DNA of 64,000 nt from Myxococcota bacterium (GTDB lineage: Bacteria; Myxococcota_A; SURF-8). The notes under the pieces are model-generated. The model was not told the origin of the DNA. It saw only the letters and a program-made list of their open reading frames with translations, and did no database searches. A program made the position numbers and the translations under genes. The stretch is taken from positions 1,696,001 to 1,760,000 of the forward strand of contig CAXXQS010000002.1 of assembly GCA_963674735.2 (NCBI GenBank), given 5' to 3'. Positions 29,069 through 39,184 of this stretch are shown here, one piece after another. Position 1 is the stretch's first letter, and every line of letters begins with the position of its first letter.

Positions 29069-30217
29069 TTATCGAGGGATATTGGCCAGGTGACGGCGCA
29101 CGAAAGGACACTCGGGGTCGGGGTTGTCACCGCCGGTCAGGTGGCGCGCCACAGCCCGGCAGCCACCGTTGCATTGCTCCAGATAAGCACATGATTTACA
29201 AGGTTCAGCCGCGATTTCTTTGAAATGGCGAACGGTTACGAAACGATCGTCTTCCCAGTTCTCCCGGAGGACGGTTGCCTGAATGTCGGTTGGGGACAAA
29301 AAACTGCAACCACTGACGCGCCCGTTGGGTGTTACGCCGATGAGGTGATTCCCGGCTTCGCAGCCGAGGACCCCGAAGCGGTCCATGACGTGCCGGTTAG
29401 GCCGATGCCAGGCAATCATGGGTACGAAGGAGCAGTCGACTTTGAGTGGCAGTCGCACCGTTTTGGAAATACGAACGATTTCCGGGTAGAACGAATCCGC
29501 CTGCTCGGGGGTCAGAGCATGTCGGGCGTAGTCCTTCGTGCCGCGCCCGAACGGTTTGAAGCGCAGCAGTTCTACATCGTGCAGTTTGAGGGAATGGGCC
29601 AGGCGCGCCACGGCTTCGATTCGGGTGAAGCTACGGGAGGTGACGACCATGTTGATCCCCGAGCGGCAACCGGCTCGGCGCAGGATTTTCAAGGATTCGA
29701 TGGCGCGGCTGGGCGGAATGGCGCGTGGCGAAGCGGGATCGTCCCGCGTGTCGTCGAGCGAGACGTTGATCTGGCCGAAAACCCGGCAGCGGCGCGCAAT
29801 GTCGGGGGTCATGTGCAGGCCGTTGGTGGTCAGATTCGGGACCAGCCCGCGCGAGCGTACATAGGCGGCCAGTTCGAACAGGTCGGGTCGTTCCAACGAT
29901 TCGCCGCCTCCCATGGCCAGGTGAAAAACACCCATGTCGGCCAAGTGGTCGATTACGCGTTTCCAGCCCGCCGTATCCAGCTCGTCCGGATCCCCGGCGG
30001 GTGTCGAACCGACATAGCAATGCCGACATCCGGCCGAACAGCGATTGGTGACCACCAGATGGGCCTCGATGGGGGCAGATAGGTGGCTGCATGAGCGCGC
30101 CCATTTTGGGTGAAAAGGATAACCCCAACGCAATAGGGCGTCACGGTTGAGGTAGATAAGGGCCGGAGGACGATTGAGCGACAGGATGGCCCCAAAAGAT
30201 TCGAATCGCAACTTCAT
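29069..30217 (-). CDS. Radical SAM/SPASM domain protein
   Basis: CSAGCRHC, GGGE, CEAG...GCSF...CKSC...CNGGCRA...DPEC. Confidence 0.9.
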   Translation of the reverse strand: MKLRFESFGAILSLNRPPALIYLNRDALLRWGYPFHPKWARSCSHLSAPIEAHLVVTNRCSAGCRHCYVGSTPAGDPDELDTAGWKRVIDHLADMGVFHLAMGGGESLERPDLFELAAYVRSRGLVPNLTTNGLHMTPDIARRCRVFGQINVSLDDTRDDPASPRAIPPSRAIESLKILRRAGCRSGINMVVTSRSFTRIEAVARLAHSLKLHDVELLRFKPFGRGTKDYARHALTPEQADSFYPEIVRISKTVRLPLKVDCSFVPMIAWHRPNRHVMDRFGVLGCEAGNHLIGVTPNGRVSGCSFLSPTDIQATVLRENWEDDRFVTVRHFKEIAAEPCKSCAYLEQCNGGCRAVARHLTGGDNPDPECPFVRRHLANIPR

Positions 30218-30226
30218 GATTTTATA

Positions 30227-31261
30227 CTAACATGTCTGGTCGATCGTGCCGGGCTCGGAAGAAATCCCGGCTTGTTTGTCGACCTCCCGTTTTCCGGTGG
30301 ATGTTGGTAATTGAACTGGGACAGCCGGTATGAGCTGTCGCGAGCGTGCGTAAAGGACAAGTTGCACGGCCAGCACCATGATGGCCCAGGCTTCCCAGAC
30401 GATTGAAAAGGTCAGATCCCAAGCCGAGGCCGCCGTGCCCGGCCAGCGCCAACTTGAGTCGAGCGTCTGCAAGGTCGACCACCACAGGTTTCCGGCCAGC
30501 GAAAGCGCCGTCCAAGCCAGTGCGATGGCGATGAAAAAAGCGAAGGCGGTTGCCATACTTGCGGCTTCCCGTTTTAAATGTCGCCCGGCCGACCGCCATG
30601 CCTGGCGCAAGGGCAGATCTTCCATTCCCATCGCGACTGCAACGGCCATGGCCAGCCAGAAAACGCCAGCCTTGATGGTCGTCATATAAGCGACGAGCAG
30701 CCCCAAACCGCCTAGAATGACGACGATTTCACGTGAACCCATGGGGTCAAGACCGTTCAAGGTGAGGCCCGTTTTCCATAGGATCAGTCCCATTACGAGG
30801 ATACCCAGACCGTTGGCTGTGAACGTGATGGCGGTAAAGGCGATGCGCAGGATGGCCATGCGACCGAAGAAACGTAGAGAATTACGCAGGAAACTACCGG
30901 CATCTGCGGTGCGCCCCTCACGGATGGCTTGGCCAAGTTCGCCTACAATACCGCCGTCTGTCAGGGTGGTGAGCAGAAAGTGGAATACGTAAGCGATGGC
31001 GCATAATGCCGCTATAGCTGCCAGCACGGAAGGATCGGTGAAATAGCCGGAAAGCAGGATTTCCGGGTCTGGATAACCTGTGGTGGGGTCGACCGGTGCA
31101 AAGAGCAGAAGCCGGACAAGCAAAACGAATCCCAAAATGATGGGAAAGGCGGCGGCGATACCGGCGGCGGTACGCAGGCCGATCAGAATGATCAGGACGA
31201 TCCAACTACGCAGGGTGAGGTGAATTCCCTCTTGGACGATACTGGCCAGGGAGTTCGGCAT
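30227..31261 (-). CDS. Hypothetical polytopic membrane protein
   Basis: About 6 hydrophobic segments; start overlaps the mlaD stop. Confidence 0.7.
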   Translation of the reverse strand: MPNSLASIVQEGIHLTLRSWIVLIILIGLRTAAGIAAAFPIILGFVLLVRLLLFAPVDPTTGYPDPEILLSGYFTDPSVLAAIAALCAIAYVFHFLLTTLTDGGIVGELGQAIREGRTADAGSFLRNSLRFFGRMAILRIAFTAITFTANGLGILVMGLILWKTGLTLNGLDPMGSREIVVILGGLGLLVAYMTTIKAGVFWLAMAVAVAMGMEDLPLRQAWRSAGRHLKREAASMATAFAFFIAIALAWTALSLAGNLWWSTLQTLDSSWRWPGTAASAWDLTFSIVWEAWAIMVLAVQLVLYARSRQLIPAVPVQLPTSTGKREVDKQAGISSEPGTIDQTC

Positions 31262-32400
31262 TACGGCTGCGTTGACATCGTGTCCGACTGGATACGCGAT
31301 TCTTCGCCGCGCAGGCGCTCGACGTCATCCTGCTTTTCCAGAGACATCCGGATAAGCGCTTTCAAAGCCGCGTTGCGTTTGAGGTTACCCAGGATCGACT
31401 TGAGATCTTCATAAACCGTCGGATCCTTGATCAAGCCGCCGATGGTGCCGTTGCCTTGTTCGATATAACGCGCCAGTTTACGGATGTCGGTGGAAGCATC
31501 TTCCAGATTTTTAATGATGTTTCCCTTATCTTCTTCGTAAATCAGGGTATGCAACATGCCTTTGCGATCTTTGATGGCGCTGACCACTTCGGAAATGGTG
31601 GCGGAAGCTTCCCGAATGTTTTCGAGGATCTTTTTGCCGTCCTCATCGTAGATGATGCCATGCAGGGTGCCTTTTCCGGTACGCACTTCGCCGAGGATAT
31701 TTTCGACGTGGTCGACGCTTTTTCGGATGCCGCCCGAAGCCGAGCGCACGTTGTGCATGGTGGTTTTGAGATCGGCTTGTACTTTGGCATCGTAGATCAG
31801 GCCGTGTGCAATACCATCGCCGGTTTCCACTTCCTTGATGACTTCGTCGATGGAACTGATGATACTTTTGATGTGGGTGACGGTTTCTTCGTCGATGATC
31901 TTGCGAATGGCGGTTTTGATGTCTTTGGCGACATCCGCGCCATGGCTGATCAAGGCCTGGCCTTTCTCCATGATCGTAAACAGATCGGGGGGCTCTTCAC
32001 TATCGAGGTAATCGCCTTCCTTGAGCGGCTCGGCAGTATCCGAACCGATGGAGATGTCGATCACCTTATCACCCAAGAGTCCCTTGGAACTGACGGTGGC
32101 GATGGAATCTTTGCGGATGCGCGGCATCATGGCTTCGCGGATCTGCAGTTCGACATGCAGGTTTTTATCGCCAAGATTCTGGGCGAAATCGATGCCGGTG
32201 ACGGTGCCGATGGCAACGCCGGCCAGACGGACCTGCGAGCCGGGCTTCAATCCGGAGACGTTTTCGAAAGCCACGTATAAATTGGTGGTCGATTCGAACA
32301 GGCTGCGCTCCTGTCCGAGTAAAATGATCACGATAAATATCAGGATCGACCCCAGGGCGACGAAAGCCCCCACCATCAGGGTGACGCGTTTCTCGTTCAT
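31261..32400 (-). CDS. mlaD: MCE/MlaD family protein with a long helical C-terminal region
   Basis: N-terminal TM, FENVSGLKPGSQVRLAGVAIG, GLLGDKVIDI; four repeats of G-x-x-x-x-L-I-x-D. Confidence 0.9.
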   Translation of the reverse strand: MNEKRVTLMVGAFVALGSILIFIVIILLGQERSLFESTTNLYVAFENVSGLKPGSQVRLAGVAIGTVTGIDFAQNLGDKNLHVELQIREAMMPRIRKDSIATVSSKGLLGDKVIDISIGSDTAEPLKEGDYLDSEEPPDLFTIMEKGQALISHGADVAKDIKTAIRKIIDEETVTHIKSIISSIDEVIKEVETGDGIAHGLIYDAKVQADLKTTMHNVRSASGGIRKSVDHVENILGEVRTGKGTLHGIIYDEDGKKILENIREASATISEVVSAIKDRKGMLHTLIYEEDKGNIIKNLEDASTDIRKLARYIEQGNGTIGGLIKDPTVYEDLKSILGNLKRNAALKALIRMSLEKQDDVERLRGEESRIQSDTMSTQP

Positions 32401-33182
32401 GTCGCGATTCCATCCTCGTCTTTATAAAGACCTTCAAAGCGGCCCGTGATGAAGTTCTGGACCTCGGGAATATCCGATTTTTTTACGTTTTCGACCGTAT
32501 CCGTCAGAATGATTCGTTTATCATAGAGAAAAGCGATGCGATCGGATACGGCGAAAGCGGAGCCCATGTCGTGGGTGACGACGACGCTGGTGCAGTGCAA
32601 TACTTCCTGCATGCGCCGAATCAGGCTGTTGATGCGGCTGACGTTGATCGGGTCCAGGCCGGTTGTGGGTTCGTCCCACAAGATGACTTCCGGATTCATG
32701 GCGATGGCGCGTGCCAGGCCGACACGCTTGCGCATGCCGCCGGACAGGTCGGCCGGACGCATGTTTTCGATGCCGGGCAAACCCACCAAGCTTAGCTTTT
32801 GCGCTACCGTCTCATCGACTTCTTTTTCGGTGATTTCGGGCATATGTACCCGCAACGGATAAGCGATGTTCTCGCGTACGGAGATGGAGTCGAACAGCGC
32901 GCCCGATTGAAACAGCATCGATACCCGCCGTCGGACGGGCAACCATTCGTCTTCATTGAAATCATTGACGGATTCACCGAAAATGGCGACGCTGCCGCTG
33001 TCGGGCTTGAGCAGACCGGTCAAGAATTTGAGGGTGACGGATTTCCCCGTGCCGGATCCACCCATGATGGTGATGGTCTCACCTTTGACGATATCCAAGT
33101 TCAGATCGGTGAACACGCTGTTCGACCCGAAGGCTTTGGATATGTTTTTAAGTGAGATCACGACATCCGACATTGGTTGCAC
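32397..33182 (-). CDS. mlaF: MlaF-like ABC ATPase
   Basis: GGSGTGKS, FQSGALFDS, LSGGMRKRVGLARA, DEPTTGLDP. Confidence 0.92.
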   Translation of the reverse strand: MQPMSDVVISLKNISKAFGSNSVFTDLNLDIVKGETITIMGGSGTGKSVTLKFLTGLLKPDSGSVAIFGESVNDFNEDEWLPVRRRVSMLFQSGALFDSISVRENIAYPLRVHMPEITEKEVDETVAQKLSLVGLPGIENMRPADLSGGMRKRVGLARAIAMNPEVILWDEPTTGLDPINVSRINSLIRRMQEVLHCTSVVVTHDMGSAFAVSDRIAFLYDKRIILTDTVENVKKSDIPEVQNFITGRFEGLYKDEDGIAT

Positions 33183-33185
33183 CCC

Positions 33186-33965
33186 TTATAGTGCCAGTAA
33201 AAGCTTGGTTAAAATCAGATCGGCGATCAAGGTATTGACCGACGCGATGACGACTGTCTGAGTGGTGGACTGGCCCACGCCTTCGGTACCGCCCGCCGTG
33301 ACGAAGCCTTGGCGGCAGGCGATCAAACCGATGAAAAAGCCGAAGAACGTCGCTTTGACGATACCGGAAGTGAAGTCGGCGACGGAGGCGATTTCGACAA
33401 TGGACTGATAATAATACAGCGGTGTGATTCCGAACTCCATCACCGAGATGACCATGCCTCCCACGATTCCGATGACATCGGATAGCGCCGTTAAAAGCGG
33501 CATGATCAGGGTGGCGGCCACCACACGCGGGACGACCAGTTTGGAGATGGGATCGGCACCCAGGACGCGGATGGCGTCGATCTGCTCCGTTACCTTCATC
33601 GAGCCGAGTTCGGCGGTCATGCCTGCGCCGATGCGCCCTCCCACCATCAAAGCGGTGAGTACCGGTCCCAGTTCGCGTAAAATGGCGAGAGCGACCACTT
33701 GGCCCACATATTCGCGTGCGCCGAAGCGGGTCATGCTGGTGCCGAACTGCAAGGCAAGCACCATCCCTGCGAAAATAGCGGTCAGATTGGTAATCGCGAG
33801 AGACTTGATGCCGAGCATCCGGATTTGGTCGATGACTTCTCGCCACTCCAATTTGAAAGGCGATAGGCGGCGCATGACATTGGCGCCCATCAAGGCCAGA
33901 TCGCCGATCAGTTCGAGAAAGGCCTCGAACCGGAATGTCGGATGAAAGTGCTCAGCTTCGGCCAT
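33186..33965 (-). CDS. mlaE: MlaE-like ABC permease
   Basis: RELGPVLTALMVGGR, AELGSMKVTEQIDA, GGTEGVG. Confidence 0.93.
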   Translation of the reverse strand: MAEAEHFHPTFRFEAFLELIGDLALMGANVMRRLSPFKLEWREVIDQIRMLGIKSLAITNLTAIFAGMVLALQFGTSMTRFGAREYVGQVVALAILRELGPVLTALMVGGRIGAGMTAELGSMKVTEQIDAIRVLGADPISKLVVPRVVAATLIMPLLTALSDVIGIVGGMVISVMEFGITPLYYYQSIVEIASVADFTSGIVKATFFGFFIGLIACRQGFVTAGGTEGVGQSTTQTVVIASVNTLIADLILTKLLLAL

Positions 33966-33966
33966 A

Positions 33967-34506
33967 TCACTTTTTCCGTTTGATTACGTGGAATTGTCCA
34001 CTGACCCGATGTAACGCAGCGATGCCCGAATCGAATTGGTCGGGGGGAGCCGTGAAGGACAGATCATAGGTGCAATAGTTTTTAACCAGAGTATAGGCCG
34101 CCACTTTGATCGGGGCGCCGTCGAGCATGCCGGATACTTCGCTGTAGAGGGATTGACGACCGTCGATGGTAACTTCCCGTTCGGTCAAGATTTCTTTTTT
34201 CTCGATTCCGAAGAAAAGGTGTTTGTGGAGAGCGGCGACTGGGGCATCCCGATATTCGTCACAGGTCGAATTGACCATAATGAAGGCGTCTAACTGCTTG
34301 TTCCAGAATATCAAATCGCTTTTATCGGTTTCGATGCGTGTCCAATTCCGACCGGGTGATTGAGCGGTATAGACGGTTTTTTCCGTTTCCACGATTCCTT
34401 TTCGGTAGGTGGCGGTACTGCAGGCTGTCAGTCCCGAAACGAGGAAGACCGCGATCAAACATCCGGTTACAGTCCGCCTCAACCAATGATTTACTAACGC
34501 ATTCAT
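33967..34506 (-). CDS. Lipoprotein, first gene of the Mla operon
   Basis: Lipobox LTAC; 1 bp gap to mlaE. Confidence 0.75.
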   Translation of the reverse strand: MNALVNHWLRRTVTGCLIAVFLVSGLTACSTATYRKGIVETEKTVYTAQSPGRNWTRIETDKSDLIFWNKQLDAFIMVNSTCDEYRDAPVAALHKHLFFGIEKKEILTEREVTIDGRQSLYSEVSGMLDGAPIKVAAYTLVKNYCTYDLSFTAPPDQFDSGIAALHRVSGQFHVIKRKK

Positions 34507-34614
34507 TGACTTATGTCACCCCTTGTTACCCTCCATGAACCCGAACCACTATAACAATGTCATATAAGCGGTGACAAGGAAAAAGATCTTCATTAAAGAA
34601 GATTGTAATCAAGA

Positions 34615-34643
34615 TTGACAGCACAAGTCCGATTCGGTTAAAT
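34615..34643 (+). promoter_or_regulatory. sigma70-type promoter
   Basis: TTGACA-N17-TTAAAT upstream of the CDS at 34689. Confidence 0.5.
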
Positions 34644-34688
34644 AGTTACGTCCTACCGTCTGTGTGTCGTACGTGAGAGAGGTTCCCC

Positions 34689-35285
34689 ATGAAACGAAGT
34701 TTGACTTTATTGGTTACTCTGGTTTTGTTTATTGCTTTTGCCGCTCCGGTCGTCCAGGCCGATTCCTCCAATAACTTATTGAAAGGAGTCGGCAAAAAGA
34801 AAAGCCGACGGCCGTCGATGAGCCTGCTTTTGCGGGACGATCTCAAAGCCGAATTCCAGGCGATCTGGGAAGCGTATCTGGCCGAGGATAAGGACGATTA
34901 TCTGAGTCATTTTGCCGATAAGCTGACGATGGATGCCCGGACGCTGGTCGGTAAAAGAGCCGCCTCGACTAAAGCCGATCTTGATAAACGTGTGACCCGC
35001 GAGTTCAAATTGCAGGATTTCACCAAAGTTCAGTTCGAGGAATGCTTCGATTTACGTTCGCCGAATATGGTTTTCGTGATCTCGGAAGAGATGATGCACG
35101 ACCACATTCCGGTCTGGGGCTTTATGATCGAGCCCAAACAAATTCGCAAGTATATGAAACCCGGTGATTATCTGGTCATTGCCAACACGTTGCCCGATGT
35201 GTTCGACAAAGTCTCGATGCCATCGACGGTTTACCTTATTTTCCGCAAAATCGGCGACAAGTACCTCGTGGTGGGGATGGATTGA
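34689..35285 (+). CDS. Exported hypothetical protein (possible NTF2-like fold)
   Basis: Signal peptide ending VQA-D; GAGAGG RBS; WEAYLAEDKDDYLSHF...IFRKIGDKYLVV. Confidence 0.7.
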   Translation: MKRSLTLLVTLVLFIAFAAPVVQADSSNNLLKGVGKKKSRRPSMSLLLRDDLKAEFQAIWEAYLAEDKDDYLSHFADKLTMDARTLVGKRAASTKADLDKRVTREFKLQDFTKVQFEECFDLRSPNMVFVISEEMMHDHIPVWGFMIEPKQIRKYMKPGDYLVIANTLPDVFDKVSMPSTVYLIFRKIGDKYLVVGMD

Positions 35286-35307
35286 CGATTGGCTGCTTCC
35301 AGTCTGC

Positions 35308-35332
35308 AACCCCGGCTGAGTCCGGGGTTTTT
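35308..35332 (+). terminator. Intrinsic terminator
   Basis: AACCCCGG-CTGAGT-CCGGGGTT-TTT. Confidence 0.75.
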
Positions 35333-36592
35333 CTATGCTGGGTTCGTCAGCCAGAACCACACGAGCCAACCGGCTGCCAAGGCGGCCAAAGCCCACAACA
35401 ACCAAAGTTGTTGGTGTTGGGGAGATGACGTCGAGGTTTGATCGGCTACGGAAGGCTCTTCAGTCGATTTGTCTGGTGATATTGCCAGCTTGACGTCGGC
35501 GAAATCCCAATCCAATGCCATTTGACCGGCATGATCGAGTGCTGCATAGCGGATCCGGTTGGGTGGGTCGAAGTTTAGGGGATAAAACGCGCTTTCCGGG
35601 GGTGTCATGAGGCTGACGGCTTGTGCCGATTCGACCGAGAGTAGAGCCGCTCGACCCCGAGCGTCGCCCAAAGCGATGAAATGCCCCTCCTCCGAGAAAG
35701 CGACTCGCAGTTCATTCATGGGTTGAGCGGGGGGAAGCTTGGTGAGAATGTCGCGTTCCCAGAACAGCCAACCACCCGGCTTTTCATCTTTTTCTTCCAG
35801 AATCATTCCCTGCATGACGAGGGTCGGATCGAGTGTATCGGTTTCCGCGCCCGACCGCTCGAATCGGATAAGTGCGAGGCGACCGGCGGCCTCGTCTGCG
35901 ACGAGGGCGTGTCGTCCTGTGGGTGCGCCCCAAAGCCGATTCCCTTTGAAAGGGAGATCCAGTGTGGCAAACGGTTCCGTCGATCGTTCCCAATCGAAAA
36001 GGGCGATTTGGCCCTCATTGAGCACGAGTAGACGTTGATCGATAATGGCGAACTCGGATGGTGCGGGTGCTTTATTCCAGAGCAACGAGCGAGTTTGGCC
36101 GTCTTCCCGGATCAATAAGATCCGGGAATCGTTTGCATTCCGCCGCCAGAGCAACACGGCATTTCCGTCCGGTGTTCCGATCAGCCGTTCGGGCTTTCCG
36201 TCGGGTCTCCAGTCGGCTAACGCTTCGATATCGCGAAATAAAACCTCTGTTCGTTGTTGCAGCGTCGCAGGATACAGCCACTCCAGTCTATCCGCTTGGG
36301 GTGGGCAGGCGATGATACTGTTGCCTGCCGAGACCGGGAGCAGGGGAAAAGTCTGTTGCGAGTCGGTTAAAGAACCTTTGGGCCAGACGTTGGAGAGTTC
36401 ACCCAGGTCGTCGTCGATACCGATTAGCGTATGGGGCCAGGCGATGCAATAACGATTTGAAGTGGCCGCAACGACCCGCGCCTGATGCACGCCGACGGAT
36501 GGATCGGGTGATGTGAGCGGGACCGGTTGCAGGAGGCGTCCGCGGACGGTTTGCGTCGGAAAATCGAATTGTCGGCGATCACGGTCCGTCAT
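35333..36592 (-). CDS. Hypothetical protein, beta-propeller-like with a C-terminal TM anchor
   Basis: Short beta-strand patterns (VAFSEEGHFIALGDARG); C-terminal LWLLWALAALAAGWLVWFWL; overlaps the upstream gene stop. Confidence 0.6.
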   Translation of the reverse strand: MTDRDRRQFDFPTQTVRGRLLQPVPLTSPDPSVGVHQARVVAATSNRYCIAWPHTLIGIDDDLGELSNVWPKGSLTDSQQTFPLLPVSAGNSIIACPPQADRLEWLYPATLQQRTEVLFRDIEALADWRPDGKPERLIGTPDGNAVLLWRRNANDSRILLIREDGQTRSLLWNKAPAPSEFAIIDQRLLVLNEGQIALFDWERSTEPFATLDLPFKGNRLWGAPTGRHALVADEAAGRLALIRFERSGAETDTLDPTLVMQGMILEEKDEKPGGWLFWERDILTKLPPAQPMNELRVAFSEEGHFIALGDARGRAALLSVESAQAVSLMTPPESAFYPLNFDPPNRIRYAALDHAGQMALDWDFADVKLAISPDKSTEEPSVADQTSTSSPQHQQLWLLWALAALAAGWLVWFWLTNPA

Positions 36593-37952
36593 GCATTTCC
36601 CTTGTGTTGCGGGATTTCAGCAGCGTTTGGATCAAGTTGGCGTGGTCTTTGGGAAAGGCGCTGCCGGAATAGGCGACGGTGCCGTCCGGAGCCAGAATCA
36701 CATTTTGGGGAAACGACACCATGCCCAGGTGTTCGGTCAGGGTTTCGTTCAGATCCATTACGATGGGATAGGTCAACTCTTTTTCTGCGGCAAACGCACG
36801 CATCCGATTGGGTGTATCCAGCACATCCACGCTCAAAACGGTGACCTGCGGATTATCTTTGTAAATTTCCACGAATTGCTTGATCGCGGGAATCTCGGCC
36901 ACGCACTCTTTACACCAGATCCCCCAGAAGGGCAGATACACGACCTTCCCGCGTAGCTGGCTCAATTTCTTTAGTGGCAAAGAGGGGCTGTTCGCTGTTT
37001 GGGGTGTTTGCTCGCGATAGCTGAAGTCGGGGAAAAGCGCTCCTTTTTCAAGAGCTTTTACGCCGGAGAGCCCCGACTTATCCACGTGGGTTACCGTCCA
37101 GAGTTCAGTTTTCGTGGAGTTGGCTTGGCTGGAAAGCTCGGTGGAATCGAACCAGCCGCCAAAGGTGGCCGCTTGATAGAGGTAGTAGCCCGCCATTACG
37201 ACGATCACCAGCAAAAACAAGAGTTTGACAAGCTGGCCAAGGCGTCCTTGGCTGCGCAGACGTGAGGCCAGACTGGCCGACATACCGGCTACGACCATGA
37301 GCGTCGCCAGGCCCAAAGCGTAGACGAACATCAGGGCGGAGCCGTAAAACAGCGCACCGGCCTTGGCTACGTGTGTCAGCACCAGCGCAATGACCGGCGC
37401 GGTACAGGGACCGGCCAGCAGTCCGCTGATGAAGCCGAAAGCGAATGTGGCGGCGGCTCCGCCTCCCTGGGTGGTGGAGTACCAACGCACGGCTCGACCC
37501 ATCAATCCGGCCTGATCGCCTTTAGCGAAACTCCGGTTTTGCAGCCAGGCCCCGATATCCACGCGGTCGCCTTTCCAGAGCCACAGTGCCAACAGTATCA
37601 TTACCAGAGCCAGAACCAAGTAGGCGATGGGCGAGGAAGCCAAAGCTCCGAATACCGCTTTTCCGGACAACGCCGCAGCCATGCCGAGGATGACGAACAT
37701 CGAGGCGAGCCCGAGTGCGTAGACCATGCCCATGAGAAACGCTCGTCCGCGATGGGTCACCGTTTCCACCATTTTTCCGTCGAGGAATTCGCGACGGCGG
37801 GCGGTGGCGGTGATGGTGCCGACCGCGACCGGAAAAAGCGGAAGAACGCAAGGGGTGAGGCTGGTCAAAATACCGGCGATATAGACTAGGATAAAAGCCA
37901 AAAACGGCGAATGGGCCAGGGCGTTTTCGAATTGCTGAGTTAAGCTTTCCAT
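36579..37952 (-). CDS. CcdA/DsbD membrane domain fused to a TlpA-like thioredoxin
   Basis: SLTPCVLP and AGPCTAP redox Cys; FWGIWCKEC CxxC; cis-Pro SFP. Confidence 0.88.
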   Translation of the reverse strand: MESLTQQFENALAHSPFLAFILVYIAGILTSLTPCVLPLFPVAVGTITATARRREFLDGKMVETVTHRGRAFLMGMVYALGLASMFVILGMAAALSGKAVFGALASSPIAYLVLALVMILLALWLWKGDRVDIGAWLQNRSFAKGDQAGLMGRAVRWYSTTQGGGAAATFAFGFISGLLAGPCTAPVIALVLTHVAKAGALFYGSALMFVYALGLATLMVVAGMSASLASRLRSQGRLGQLVKLLFLLVIVVMAGYYLYQAATFGGWFDSTELSSQANSTKTELWTVTHVDKSGLSGVKALEKGALFPDFSYREQTPQTANSPSLPLKKLSQLRGKVVYLPFWGIWCKECVAEIPAIKQFVEIYKDNPQVTVLSVDVLDTPNRMRAFAAEKELTYPIVMDLNETLTEHLGMVSFPQNVILAPDGTVAYSGSAFPKDHANLIQTLLKSRNTREMHDGP

Positions 37953-37998
37953 GTTGCGCCTCGCATCGGTTGACGGGATCTTCTCACAAAATGGCGGT

Positions 37999-38970
37999 TC
38001 AGCCGCCTGGAAGATCGGGCAGGTCGTTATCGGGCCAGACGATCACTTCGCGGTCGAGTGCGAGGTCGAATCGGTCTATGACGGCTTGCCGCATGCGGCG
38101 GGCCAGTTCAAGCACGTCGGCGGCGCTGGCCGTGCCGGTATTGATAATGATATTCGCATGTTTTTCGAAAACCGCCGCTCCTCCGACTTGCATCGATTTC
38201 GCCCCGATCCGGTCGAGGAAGGCTCCGGCGGCCTGGCGGCGGCTGGCCTTGGACGTCGGTTCGATGTTACGGAAAAACGAACCGGCGCAGGGGATGTTGC
38301 GCCAGTCGGGATGTTTAGAGCGTCGTAAATCCATGATTTCGTTCACGCGCTGCTCCGCTTTGTCACGGTCGCCGGGTTTGAGTTTCAGGGTGGCCGATAA
38401 CAGGATTTCGCCGCTTCGTTTCAAGCGACTGGAACGGTAGGCAAAATCGAGTTCGGCTGCGTCGACCGTTCGGATGGAACCATCGCGGTCGAGTAGCTCC
38501 GCCGATTCCAGCACATCGCCGACCTGTTCGCCGAATGCGCCCGCATTACCGAAAATCGCGCCACCCAAAGTGCCCGGAATTCCGGCGGCGAATTCGAAGC
38601 CGGTCAAGCCTGCCGCAACGCTCGCCAGAGCGGTTTCGTGGAAATCCACACCGCCGGGGGCGATCAGGCGGTCATTTTCACAACGGATCGTGCTTTTGGG
38701 GGATCGGAAGACAACCACCAGACCGTCGAATCCGGCGTCGTCGATCAATAGATTCGTTCCACCACCCAGCAGACGCCAAGGGAGATTTATGCTGTCGGCA
38801 TCATGGACCAAAGCGACTATTTCACTGGGAAATTCCAGCTCGATGAGGATCGCCGCCGGTCCGCCGATCCGGAAGGCGGTGTAGCGATCCAAGCCGACGC
38901 CGTGTCTGATTCGGGGGAGCCAGCGATCGGGCAAAGGATGGACTCGGGTTTGGGCAAGGCAATCGGACAT
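37999..38970 (-). CDS. murB: UDP-N-acetylenolpyruvoylglucosamine reductase MurB
   Basis: FRIGGPA, GGGTNLL, GIPGTLGGA, NAGAFG, FAYRSS, AGSFFRN, KHAN; start reset to MSDCL after AAGGA. Confidence 0.93.
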   Translation of the reverse strand: MSDCLAQTRVHPLPDRWLPRIRHGVGLDRYTAFRIGGPAAILIELEFPSEIVALVHDADSINLPWRLLGGGTNLLIDDAGFDGLVVVFRSPKSTIRCENDRLIAPGGVDFHETALASVAAGLTGFEFAAGIPGTLGGAIFGNAGAFGEQVGDVLESAELLDRDGSIRTVDAAELDFAYRSSRLKRSGEILLSATLKLKPGDRDKAEQRVNEIMDLRRSKHPDWRNIPCAGSFFRNIEPTSKASRRQAAGAFLDRIGAKSMQVGGAAVFEKHANIIINTGTASAADVLELARRMRQAVIDRFDLALDREVIVWPDNDLPDLPGG

Positions 38971-39184
38971 GAGGTTTCCTTTACGGTTCAAAGCCTGCCC
39001 AGTGTAATCCAAGGATGCCATGGGCGCAAGCAGGCAATGCAGGCGGATCGTTTCCTTGCTGTGACTTTTTATGGTATGGATAGAATGAGAAATATCGGAA
39101 GCTTTCACCGTATTCGACCATCCTGTTTCTTTATGGCAATGGCGGTCGTTGATGAACGGTGCGATCAGTGTGGGAGGAGGCGTG

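Noticed and set aside
38971-39184. Cobalamin riboswitch upstream of the adenosyltransferase
   Set aside because: No AGGGAA / GCCACTG B12-box elements recognisable on either strand
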